Below are positions 8,014 through 16,833 of a stretch of DNA of 58,707 nucleotides, piece after piece. Where the stretch lies: contig JBDGZR010000014.1 of assembly GCA_039588495.1 (NCBI GenBank), positions 1 through 58,707 of the forward strand, written 5' to 3'. The position numbers and the translations under genes were made by a program. The notes below the pieces were generated by a model that saw only the letters and a list, made by a program, of their open reading frames with translations, made no database searches and was not told where the DNA came from. The stretch's first letter is position 1. Each line of letters begins with the position of its first letter. Source of the DNA: Gemmatimonadota bacterium. GTDB taxonomy: Bacteria; Gemmatimonadota; Gemmatimonadetes; Palauibacterales; Palauibacteraceae.

Positions 8014-10497
8014 ATGACGGGCGGCAGAGGCGGCAGCAGAGGAGGCTTTCGGCAGACACTCACGAGGCTGGCGCGAAGCCCCGGCTTCACGACGATAACG
8101 GTCCTTACCCTCGGGATCGGCATCGGAGCCAACACGGCTATCTTCAGCGTCGTCAACGGGATCCTCCTCCGGTCCCTTCCGTACCCCGACCCCGGCCGAC
8201 TCGTCGGCCTGTGGCACACGGCTCCCGGCATCGACATCCCGATCTTCGAGCAATCCGACGGCTCCTATCTCTATTACGAGAGCGAGAATCGGACACTCGA
8301 AAGCATGGGGATCTTCGGGAACACATCGGTGAACCTGACCGGCGGTGAGGAGCCGGAGCGTGTCGACGCCGCGTTCGTGACCTCCACCCTGTTCTCGACG
8401 CTGGGAATCGTTCCGGAGCATGGCCGAAGCCTGATCGAGGCCGACAACGAGCCGGGTGCGGAAGCTGTCGTCATACTCGGCCACGGCCTGTGGAGCAGGA
8501 GGTTCGGAAGCGACCCCGCCATCCTCGACAAAACGGTTCTCATCGACGGCGAAGCACACAGGGTGATCGGCATCATGCCGGTGGACTTTTCCCTGCCGGT
8601 CAGCGACTCCGAGCTCTGGACGGCCCTCGAGATCGACCCTGCCGAGGCCACCACCGGCAGCTTCCGCTGGTTTTCCGTCGGCCGCTTGAAGCCCGGCGAG
8701 TCGGCGGAGAGCGCCCAACGCGATCTGGATCGACTGAGAGGGAGGCTTCCGGAGGCATATCCGGGCGACTTCCTGACCGCGCAGATGATGGAGACCGCGC
8801 AGATGGAGGCGATCGTCCATCCGCTCATCGAGGATGTGATCGGGGACGAGAATCTGGAGCGGTCGCTCTGGATCCTGCTCGGGACCGTGTTCTTCGTCCT
8901 GCTGATCGCCTGCGCCAACGTGGCGAGCCTGTTTCTGGTCCGGGCGCAAAGCCGGCACAGGGAGGTCGCGCTGCGGGTGGCTCTCGGAGCGGGAAGGAAG
9001 CGCCTCGCGCGGTTCTTCCTCTCCGAGAGCCTGATCCTGGCCCTGGCCGGCGGCGCCCTGGGTCTGCTGCTGGCCTTCGCGGCGACCCGGATTCTCGTGC
9101 TGCTGGGCCCCGACAGCATTCCCAGGCTGGAGGCGATCGGCATCGACGTAACCGTGCTCGCATTCACCTTGGCAGTCTCCCTGCTGGCCGGCCTGCTGTT
9201 CGGTTCCTTCCCGCTCCTGCGCTACGCACGGGCGAACATGGTGATGGCACTCAAGGAGGGAGGGCGTGGCGGAGGTACGGGACGCGAGCGCGACCGCGCG
9301 CGTAAGCTCCTCGTCCTGTCACAGCTGGCGATGGCGTTCGTCCTCGTCGCCGGGGCCGGCCTCATGACCCGGAGCTTTCAGAAGGTGCGGGACGTGGACC
9401 CCGGATTTGAGGCCGAGGGAACCCTGACGTTCAGGGTCTCCCTGCCGAACGCTGAGTACGATTCGCGCGCGTCCATCGGCGGATTCTACGGCCAGCTGAT
9501 CGAGCGGCTGGAAGGGCTTCCCGGCGTCACCCACGTGGGGGCCGGCAGCAAGCTTCCGCTCCGTCAGAGCGGACACAACATGAGCATCGTCTCGATCGCG
9601 GATCACCCCGTCGACCCGGGGGACCTCCCACCGGTGTCGAACTCGCAATACGTGACGGCGGGCTTCCTGGAGACGCTCGAGGTCCCCCTGCTGGAGGGCC
9701 GAACCTTCGATCGGGCGGACCATTTCTCGAACACGCGGGCGGTCGTCGTCAATCGCCCCTTCGCCGAGCGGCACTGGCCGGGAGAGAGCGCGCTCGGGAA
9801 GCGCGTCCACCCGAGCCTGGCGGACGATGAGCCGCCGTGGCTGCAGGTCGTTGGCGTCGTCGGGGGAGTGCGGGACTACACGCTGCCGGAGGAGCCGGAG
9901 CCGATTATCTACTACCCGGTTACCGGGGTCGAGGAGCTGGAAGACTTATTCTGGCCGCTGTCCATGAGCCTCGTTTTACGGACCGAAGCGCCGCCGGCCT
10001 CGCTCGCTCCTCTCGTCCGCGCTCAGGTTCGCGAGCTGGACCCGAACCTCCCCGTAGCGGATGTGTCGACGATGGAGGAGGTGGTCTCCGAGTCTACGTC
10101 GCAGCTCGGATTCGCCATGTTGCTGCTGGCCGTCGCCGCCGCCATCGCTCTGCTGCTGGCGGCGATCGGCATCTATGGCGTGATGTCCTACGACGTGACC
10201 CGGCGCACCCGGGAGATCGGGGTTCGGATGGCCCTCGGCGCGCAGTCGGCCGCCGTGAGCGCCATGGTCGTGAAGCAGAGCGCGACGATCGCCGCGATCG
10301 GCTTGGCGGTCGGGCTGGCCGGCGCCTTCGGCCTCACGCGCCTGATGCGGGCGCTGCTCTTCGGCGTGAGCCCGATGGATCCAGCTACGCTCGGCTTCGT
10401 GCTCCTGACGCTCTTCGGCGTGGCGCTGCTGGCCAGCTACCTGCCGGCCCGCCGGGCCGCCGCCGTGGATCCGCTCGTCGCGCTGCGGGCAGACTGA
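8014..10497 (+). CDS. Duplicated FtsX-family ABC transporter permease (MacB-like, ADOP type)
   Basis: 827 aa. Two modules, each a TM helix, a large periplasmic domain and an FtsX 4-TM block. N-terminus FRQTLTRLARSPGFTTITVLTLGIGIGANTAIFSVVNG is typical of this family. Confidence 0.9.
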   Translation: MTGGRGGSRGGFRQTLTRLARSPGFTTITVLTLGIGIGANTAIFSVVNGILLRSLPYPDPGRLVGLWHTAPGIDIPIFEQSDGSYLYYESENRTLESMGIFGNTSVNLTGGEEPERVDAAFVTSTLFSTLGIVPEHGRSLIEADNEPGAEAVVILGHGLWSRRFGSDPAILDKTVLIDGEAHRVIGIMPVDFSLPVSDSELWTALEIDPAEATTGSFRWFSVGRLKPGESAESAQRDLDRLRGRLPEAYPGDFLTAQMMETAQMEAIVHPLIEDVIGDENLERSLWILLGTVFFVLLIACANVASLFLVRAQSRHREVALRVALGAGRKRLARFFLSESLILALAGGALGLLLAFAATRILVLLGPDSIPRLEAIGIDVTVLAFTLAVSLLAGLLFGSFPLLRYARANMVMALKEGGRGGGTGRERDRARKLLVLSQLAMAFVLVAGAGLMTRSFQKVRDVDPGFEAEGTLTFRVSLPNAEYDSRASIGGFYGQLIERLEGLPGVTHVGAGSKLPLRQSGHNMSIVSIADHPVDPGDLPPVSNSQYVTAGFLETLEVPLLEGRTFDRADHFSNTRAVVVNRPFAERHWPGESALGKRVHPSLADDEPPWLQVVGVVGGVRDYTLPEEPEPIIYYPVTGVEELEDLFWPLSMSLVLRTEAPPASLAPLVRAQVRELDPNLPVADVSTMEEVVSESTSQLGFAMLLLAVAAAIALLLAAIGIYGVMSYDVTRRTREIGVRMALGAQSAAVSAMVVKQSATIAAIGLAVGLAGAFGLTRLMRALLFGVSPMDPATLGFVLLTLFGVALLASYLPARRAAAVDPLVALRAD

Positions 10498-10555
10498 ACC
10501 CAGCAAGACAATCGGCGCTAATTGTGGTATAGTCATGGGTTCACGGATTAGCGCC
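10496..10555 (+). promoter_or_regulatory. Interleaved inverted repeats in the lower-GC leader of the radical SAM gene
   Basis: GAACCCA (10496-10502) pairs with TGGGTTC (10536-10542). GGCGCTAAT (10514-10522) pairs with ATTAGCGCC (10547-10555). The two helices interleave, so they are either mutually exclusive or form a pseudoknot. Confidence 0.3.
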
Positions 10556-10641
10556 TGAAGCGCGGAAATCTGCGCTGCCATCTCATAAAGGCATTCAATG
10601 ACATCTTTTGCGACCGACCTCGCGGCCGGGCCTGAGGTTCT

Positions 10642-12207
10642 TTGAAGAGGCTCCGCGTCGGTGTCGTCGACCTCGTAGCCAGGGCCCCCACCAAGGCGCT
10701 TTACGCCCGCGTTCTGCACCCCAGCCTGGCCGGACTCATGCCGCAGGCGGTCGCCGCCTGGGTCGAAGAGATGGGGCATGACGTTCACTACGTGTGCTTT
10801 ACCGGCTTCGAAGACCTCGTCGAGGAGCTGCCCTCCGACACCGATATCATCTTCATAAGCGCCTTTTCGCAGGCCGGGCAGCTCGCCTACGCCGTGAGCA
10901 ACATGTTCCGCTCACGGGGAGCCGTGACCGTCCTCGGCGGGCCGCATGCGCGCTGCTACCCGGACGACGCGCGGAAGTACTTCGACTTCGTCCTCGGACT
11001 CACCGACCGATCGATCATCGAGGAAGTGCTGCGCGACCACGCGCCCCACCGCCCGTTCGGGGTCCACCTGACGGCGGACCAGCAGCCTCGACATCTGCCG
11101 GGCGTTAGAGAGCGCTGGAAGTTCATCAAGCCGACGCTGGACAAGGCGCCCACGAGCGTGAAGGGCGTGCCGATGATCGCCAGCCTCGGCTGCCCCTACA
11201 CCTGCAGCTTCTGCATCGACTCGACGATCAAGTACCAGCCGCTCGGGACCGAACAGATTAAGGAAGATCTGAAGTTCCTCGTCGGCGAGATGCCGAACGC
11301 GTGGGTCGGATGGCACGACCCCAACTTCGGGGTGCGCTTCGACGAGTATATGGACGCCATAGAGGAAGGAAGCGCCGGCGGCAACCTCACCCATGGTGCG
11401 GAGAGCAGCCTGTCGCTCCTATCGGAGCCACGTCTCAAGCGGCTGCGCGACGCGGGTTTCAAGGCGATACTCCCGGGCGTCGAGTCATGGTACACGCTGG
11501 GAGACAAGTCGAAGATGCGCAGTGAGGTGGGGATGGAGAAGGTCAGGAGGGTGTCGGACCATGTGAACATGATCCTCGACTACATCCCTTACGTTCAGAC
11601 CAACTTCGTCCTCGGGCTCGACAGCGATGCCGGACCGGAACCGTTCGAGCTCACCAAGCGCTTCATCGACCTCGCCCCTGGGGCTTTCCCGGGCTACTCG
11701 CTGCTCTCCGCCTTCGGCGAGGCCGCTCCGCTCAACCTGGAGTTCCAGAGGGAGGGCCGGGTCCTGCCGTTCCCGTTTCACTTCCAGAACAACCACCAGG
11801 CCATGAACGTCCGCCCGAAGAACTACGACTGGCCGGAGTTCTACGAGCAGGTGATTGGTCTCACGAAGTACAGCTTCTCGTGGAAAGCGATCGCCCGTCG
11901 TGCGAAGGCGACCCAACGCAGCTTCGCCACCTGGATGAACGTCGTACGGGCAATCTCCTCCGAGGGCTTCGGCCGGGCCAAGTACTTCGCGACGCTGTTG
12001 GACGGGCTGGAGAGCGACCTCTCCATGCGGAGGTTCTTCGAGGGCGAGACTCGGGAGCTGCCCGCTTTCTTCGTCGATCGCCTCCGAGACGATCTCGGGC
12101 CGATGTGGGAGTGGCTGCCCGAGGGTGCGTTGCACCACGACCCCAACGCCTACCTCAAGAAGATGAACGGGGACATGCCCGCCGTGAAGGCCGTCGCGGG
12201 CGGATAG
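10642..12207 (+). CDS. B12-binding-domain radical SAM protein
   Basis: TTG start. N-terminal Rossmann-like B12-binding-type domain. CxxxCxxC cluster motif GCPYTCSFC. 521 aa. Confidence 0.85.
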   Translation: MKRLRVGVVDLVARAPTKALYARVLHPSLAGLMPQAVAAWVEEMGHDVHYVCFTGFEDLVEELPSDTDIIFISAFSQAGQLAYAVSNMFRSRGAVTVLGGPHARCYPDDARKYFDFVLGLTDRSIIEEVLRDHAPHRPFGVHLTADQQPRHLPGVRERWKFIKPTLDKAPTSVKGVPMIASLGCPYTCSFCIDSTIKYQPLGTEQIKEDLKFLVGEMPNAWVGWHDPNFGVRFDEYMDAIEEGSAGGNLTHGAESSLSLLSEPRLKRLRDAGFKAILPGVESWYTLGDKSKMRSEVGMEKVRRVSDHVNMILDYIPYVQTNFVLGLDSDAGPEPFELTKRFIDLAPGAFPGYSLLSAFGEAAPLNLEFQREGRVLPFPFHFQNNHQAMNVRPKNYDWPEFYEQVIGLTKYSFSWKAIARRAKATQRSFATWMNVVRAISSEGFGRAKYFATLLDGLESDLSMRRFFEGETRELPAFFVDRLRDDLGPMWEWLPEGALHHDPNAYLKKMNGDMPAVKAVAGG

Positions 12208-12347
12208 GGCCGAACCGCCCGATCTGTGGTGTAACCCTCCACGCACCTGATCGCGTCCTCCGAGTATGCGTGATCGCATGCAACAGAAAGGCACCCACGC
12301 TGATCTCGGCTTCCGGTGGAACGCTGTCCCAGGTGGACGCCGCAAAG

Positions 12348-13241
12348 CTAGGGGCAGATGACTCCGCTGTATTCGTATGTGCTCGTGAATGTGGGCGGGA
12401 AGTTGGCACCGTCGATGGTCCGTTGCACCGCGAGATCGCCGCGTCCGGGATAACGCACCCGGAGGCGGCCGGTGAAGTCGACGACGGCTCCCGGCCCGGG
12501 CTCGACCAGACTCACGTAATCTCCCCAGAGCTTCAGATCCCTTCCGACAAGTTCAGGGACGGTGCCGCTGGTGATCGAAACGGCATGGACCGCGGGCATG
12601 TGCCACTCGCCGCCACTCCGGCTCGCACGGCCAGCCAAGCTGAAGGTGGTCCCCTCGAGATCGCCCTCGATCGTTCCCAGCCAATTCGTCTCGCCGATTG
12701 AGCCGCGAACGGCGACTGGGTCTCCGTGCGCGGCGAGCGTGTTGATCTCGGAGGCGAGGCCGAAATAGGCGGGCCGAATCTCCCGGGCGATCGCCAGGGC
12801 GTAGGATTCGTGGATCGCCCGGATCTCCGGCTCGAGGATGCTGCGGCCCGCTTCCGTCAGCTCGGGCGGCTCCGAGGTTCTGTCGAGCCCGTCGAGGGGG
12901 TCGAGGAGAAAGACCATCTCGAGTCCCAGTGCCTCCAGGAAGTAGGCGAGTCCTTTCGTTTCGGCGACCAGCTCGTCGAGCTCCTCGCCGGCGAAGAGCC
13001 GCTCCCATGGCACGGCCTGTTGGATGATCGCGTACTCCGCCACCTCGGCCATCGCTTGCGCGGTTGCGATAATGCTCGCCTCGGTGGGCTCGGGCGGTAT
13101 CAGGCCCCAACCCATCGCGTACGTGCGGGGTTCGGCACCAGGAGGAGGAGGCCCGGACGGACCCTCCGGCGGATCTCCACCGCCGCAGGCGGGTGGCAGC
13201 ATCACGAGTAGGGCGAGGCAACCGAAGAGACGACGAGGCAT
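12348..13241 (-). CDS. Hypothetical lipoprotein
   Basis: ATG at 13241. Signal MPRRLFGCLALLVMLPPAC (lipobox-like). Coding-type G/C3 bias. I recognise no family. Confidence 0.6.
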   Translation of the reverse strand: MPRRLFGCLALLVMLPPACGGGDPPEGPSGPPPPGAEPRTYAMGWGLIPPEPTEASIIATAQAMAEVAEYAIIQQAVPWERLFAGEELDELVAETKGLAYFLEALGLEMVFLLDPLDGLDRTSEPPELTEAGRSILEPEIRAIHESYALAIAREIRPAYFGLASEINTLAAHGDPVAVRGSIGETNWLGTIEGDLEGTTFSLAGRASRSGGEWHMPAVHAVSITSGTVPELVGRDLKLWGDYVSLVEPGPGAVVDFTGRLRVRYPGRGDLAVQRTIDGANFPPTFTSTYEYSGVICP

Positions 13242-13307
13242 GACTATAGAACATCCATGGGACCGTGGAGATCCATGCCGAATCCGCATCCTGTTGAGCC
13301 GCAAAGC

Positions 13308-13333
13308 GAAAGCCCCGCCGAAGCGGGGCTTTC
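13308..13333 (-). terminator. Rho-independent-type terminator after the 13383..14150 gene
   Basis: 11-bp stem GAAAGCCCCGC / GCGGGGCTTTC with a 4-nt loop. On the minus strand it is followed by GCTTTGCGG. Confidence 0.65.
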
Positions 13334-13382
13334 GGACCTACTGCCCAGGTCGATACCGCCCACGCTCGAGGTGGGCGTCGTG

Positions 13383-14150
13383 CTATTCTGGTGCCGGTTT
13401 GGTGATCTGCCTCTCCCAGATGTAGTCCGTGTGCGAGTCGCAGATCTCGCTGAATCGGTCGAGCGCGATCGGGTTCTCCTCGAACAGGTCCTCGAAGATC
13501 GCGCTTCTCGCGGCGAGCAGAGAGTTCAGGTCTACGGCGTCGATCACCGAGATCCTGCGGTACTGGCCGCCGATGTTGTGCTCCAGCCAGCCCCAGCTGG
13601 TGATCGTCCCCTCTTCCACGTGCTTGTTGTAGACGTCCGCGAATACGTTCTCGACGATACGGGACGCGCGGTCCTCCTCCGTGAAATCGCACACCATGTA
13701 CGTGGACAGCGACACGGACGGACGACCCTGCGCGAGCGTGGGATCGGAGGCCGCGGCCATCGTCCAGACGTAGTCGTCGTGTGACGGGCAGACCTGGGTC
13801 AACTCTTCGGACGCTTCCCCGGCTTCCGCGATCATGTCATCGATCAGGGCGTCGCGGGCGGTCATGACCGAGGGGACGTCGGCCGACACCATGTAAAGCA
13901 AGCGGCGCCAGTGGCCGCCGGTGTGGTGGGAGTACCAGCCCCAGGCGCTGATGGCGCCGCTGTCGATGTGCCGATCCAGGATCGGCCCGATGCTCTCGGC
14001 GATGATCGTGTCCGCTCGAGCCTCCTTCGACTCGTTGCAGTGGAAGTAGACACCGAAAACGGCGGGATCCGGCACGTCATCCTGTGCGAGAGCCGGCACC
14101 GGCGCCAACAGAGCGCACAGCGCCGCCGCGAGGGTGAGTCGCGACTTCAT
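13383..14150 (-). CDS. Secreted protein with two tandem ~115-aa domains, unknown family (paralog A)
   Basis: Signal peptide MKSRLTLAAALCALLAPVPALAQ. Internal duplication; each half carries C..ADxI..G.I[ST].W[GS]W..H..GG.[WY]RR..C.[SA]H.DY[IV]W. It is a paralog of 28598..29362. Confidence 0.8.
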   Translation of the reverse strand: MKSRLTLAAALCALLAPVPALAQDDVPDPAVFGVYFHCNESKEARADTIIAESIGPILDRHIDSGAISAWGWYSHHTGGHWRRLLYMVSADVPSVMTARDALIDDMIAEAGEASEELTQVCPSHDDYVWTMAAASDPTLAQGRPSVSLSTYMVCDFTEEDRASRIVENVFADVYNKHVEEGTITSWGWLEHNIGGQYRRISVIDAVDLNSLLAARSAIFEDLFEENPIALDRFSEICDSHTDYIWERQITKPAPE

Positions 14151-14195
14151 GTGATCCTCCTTGGGATGGGACGGGACGATTAGCGCAGTCGGCCC
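14151..14195 (-). promoter_or_regulatory. Conserved 5' leader shared with the paralog at 29363..29404
   Basis: The 24-nt block GATCCTCCTTGGGATGGGACGGGA (plus strand, 14153-14176) is identical to 29365-29388. It includes the AAGGAGGATC SD on the minus strand and is followed by a shared GCAGTCG(G)CCC. Confidence 0.6.
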
Positions 14196-14334
14196 AAGGG
14201 TACGAGCGCCGGCGCCTCTCGGGCAATCCCCCTGCCGTGCCGCGCCAAATCACGCTCATGTTCGGACCGGGCCCCTGGCCAAGCCCGGACGGAATCCCTG
14301 GTCCCGCGTGGACGCGGGAGGTTAATTCTGAGCC

Positions 14335-15204
14335 ATGAGCGCCCAATCCGAGATCGGAGCCCTGCGGCGTATGGTGCTGAAGCACCCTCGCGAGGCTTTC
14401 GTCAGCGACCTGTCGATCGCTCGCCAGTGGCGGGACCTGGGATACCTCGGCCGACCCGAGCTCCACCGTGCCGTGGATGAGTTCGACGCCCTGGTCGAGC
14501 TGCTCGAGGGCTTCGGGATCGAGGCCCTCTTTCTTCCTCGAGACGACGATGTCGGTCTGGACTCCCTCTACGTGCGGGACGCCGCGGTCGCGACGGACGA
14601 CGGACTGATCCTCTGCAACATGGGAAAGGATGAGCGGCGGACAGAGCCCGGGGCTTTGGAGAGAGCGGTGGGCGAATGGGGACTCCCGATTCGAGGTGCC
14701 ATCACCGGAGACGGTATCCTCGAGGGCGGAGACGTCGTGTGGATCGACGACCGGACGCTCGCCGTCGGGCGTGGCTATAGGACGAACGAGGAGGGGATCC
14801 GCCAGCTCGGGGAGATCCTGGGCGACAGCATCGACGAGCTGGTCGTCGTTCCACTACCCCACCACCGCGGCCCGAACGACGTCTTTCACCTGATGTCCGT
14901 GCTTAGCCCTATCGACAGGGACCTGGCGCTCGTCTACTCGCCGCTGCTCCCGGTGCCGTTTCGCGAGTGGCTGCTCGCGCGCGGTACATGGCTCGTCGAG
15001 ACTCCCGAGGGCGAGTTCGATTCTCTCGGCTGCAACCTCCTCACTTTGGCTCCCCGGCGGTGCGTGGCGGTCGCGGGGAATCCGGCAACTCTTGGGCGGC
15101 TCGAATCCGCAGGCGTGGAAGTCCACGTCCTGCGTGGCCAGGAGATGTGCCTCAAGGGGCTCGGCGGCCCCACCTGCTTGACCCGGCCCCTGGAACGAGG
15201 CTAG
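14335..15204 (+). CDS. Dimethylarginine dimethylaminohydrolase / amidinotransferase-superfamily hydrolase
   Basis: 289 aa. Guanidino-modifying-enzyme pattern with the C-terminal nucleophile motif GLGGPTCLTRPL, plus an internal HLMSV. Confidence 0.78.
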   Translation: MSAQSEIGALRRMVLKHPREAFVSDLSIARQWRDLGYLGRPELHRAVDEFDALVELLEGFGIEALFLPRDDDVGLDSLYVRDAAVATDDGLILCNMGKDERRTEPGALERAVGEWGLPIRGAITGDGILEGGDVVWIDDRTLAVGRGYRTNEEGIRQLGEILGDSIDELVVVPLPHHRGPNDVFHLMSVLSPIDRDLALVYSPLLPVPFREWLLARGTWLVETPEGEFDSLGCNLLTLAPRRCVAVAGNPATLGRLESAGVEVHVLRGQEMCLKGLGGPTCLTRPLERG

Positions 15205-15240
15205 CGGGCCTTCGGGTCGGCCCCGACGTCGAGCCCCGGC

Positions 15241-16833
15241 CTACCGGGCGTGCTTCCCGGCCCGGAGCACCTCCCGCGCGGCGTTGTACCCGGCCGTGCC
15301 GCCGACCCCACCACCCGGATGGGTGCCCGCGCCGCACAGGTAGAGATCCCGAATCGGCGTTCGGTATTGGGCGCATTCGGGAACGGGCCGCATGAAGAAG
15401 AGCTGGTCGAGCGCCATCTCCCCGTGGGATGCGCACCCTCCGGCGAGCCCGTACACATCCTCGAGATCCGCCGGCGTGGCCACATGCCGGTCGAGAACCG
15501 CCTGGTCGATGCCCGGCGCGTACTCGGAGAGCGTCTCCACGACGCGATCGCCCAGCGCCTCTCTCCGATCCGCGTCCCAGCACCCCTCCTTCAGCTCGTA
15601 GGGAGCGTACTGGACGTAGACCGACATCGCGTGCTGTCCCGGTGGAGCGAGGGTCGGGTCGGTCAGGGAGGGGATAACGGCCTCCAGGTAGGGAGAGCGG
15701 GACACCCCTCCGTACTTGGCGTCGTCGTACGCCCGCTCCAGATAGTCGAGGCTGGGGCTGATGCGGACGACGCCCTCGAGGAGCTCCGGGTGGTCGGCCG
15801 TTCCGCCGAACCGGGGAAGCTCCGCCAGCGCCAGGTGCACCTTCGCGAACGCGCCCCGGGTGCGGATGTTCTTCACCTTCCTGACGAACTCGGGATCCAG
15901 CTCGGTCGGCTCGACGAGCCCGAGGAAGGTGCGCTTCGGGTCCGCGTTGGACACGACCCGAGCGGCGTCGATCTCTTCGCCGTCGCTCAGAACGACCCCG
16001 GTGACACTCCCTTCCGTGGTGCGGATCCGCTCGATCTCGGCGCCGGTGCGGATGCGAGCGCCATTGGCCAGGGCGGCCTCTGCCAGGGCTTCGGTAAAAC
16101 TGCCCATCCCGCCGGTGACGAGCTCGGTCCTTCGCAGCACCTCGGCCTCGGGCGACAGCCCGCCCAGCAGCAGGTAGGCCGTGCCGGACGCCCGCGGGCC
16201 GAGGAAGATCCCGCTCACGCCAAGCGCGGCCAGGAGTCCCTGCAGCGGCTCCGATTCGAACCACTCATCCAGCAGCTCGGCGGCCGACATCGGCAGCACG
16301 CGCAGGACCTCGGTCAGCTCCCTCCGCCCCAGACGACGCAGGCGCAGACCCAGCTCCATGAAGGCCAGAAGATCCCGCGAGGCGGCGGGTGGAAGTTCGG
16401 GAGGCGTCGTCGAGGCCACGTGTCGCAGAAACCGGACCGCTGGAGCCATCGCGGCGCCGAAGCGCGACCACCGTGCCGCATCGTCCGGGGAGTGACGTCG
16501 AATCTCTTCCGCCGTCTTCTCCGGATCCCGCCAGATGGCGAGGTGGTCTCCGCCTGGAAGGGGCGCCAGAACGGCGAGGTCCGGTCGCCGAACCTCCAGA
16601 CCTTGACCACCGAGCCCGAGGTCTCGGACCACGCGGCGATCCAGGTGCCCGAGCCGGTGCGCGCAGCTATCGAAGCGGAAGCCGGGGAAGAGCTCTTCCG
16701 TGACGGCCGCACCCCCCACGACCTCGCGACGCTCCAAAATGAGGACGCTCAAGCCGGCCCGCGCCAGATAGGCGGCGCAGACCAGCCCGTTGTGACCGGC
16801 TCCGACGAGCACCGCGTCGTATCTCTCGCTCAC
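15241..16833 (-). CDS. FAD-dependent oxidoreductase, PYROXD2 / COG1233 (phytoene-desaturase-related) type, copy 1
   Basis: GTG at 16833 overlaps the upstream stop (GTGA). N-terminal dinucleotide fold YDAVLVGAGHNGLVCAAYLARAG. C-terminal GAGTHPGGGV. About half its residues match the adjacent copy by eye. Confidence 0.85.
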   Translation of the reverse strand: MSERYDAVLVGAGHNGLVCAAYLARAGLSVLILERREVVGGAAVTEELFPGFRFDSCAHRLGHLDRRVVRDLGLGGQGLEVRRPDLAVLAPLPGGDHLAIWRDPEKTAEEIRRHSPDDAARWSRFGAAMAPAVRFLRHVASTTPPELPPAASRDLLAFMELGLRLRRLGRRELTEVLRVLPMSAAELLDEWFESEPLQGLLAALGVSGIFLGPRASGTAYLLLGGLSPEAEVLRRTELVTGGMGSFTEALAEAALANGARIRTGAEIERIRTTEGSVTGVVLSDGEEIDAARVVSNADPKRTFLGLVEPTELDPEFVRKVKNIRTRGAFAKVHLALAELPRFGGTADHPELLEGVVRISPSLDYLERAYDDAKYGGVSRSPYLEAVIPSLTDPTLAPPGQHAMSVYVQYAPYELKEGCWDADRREALGDRVVETLSEYAPGIDQAVLDRHVATPADLEDVYGLAGGCASHGEMALDQLFFMRPVPECAQYRTPIRDLYLCGAGTHPGGGVGGTAGYNAAREVLRAGKHAR

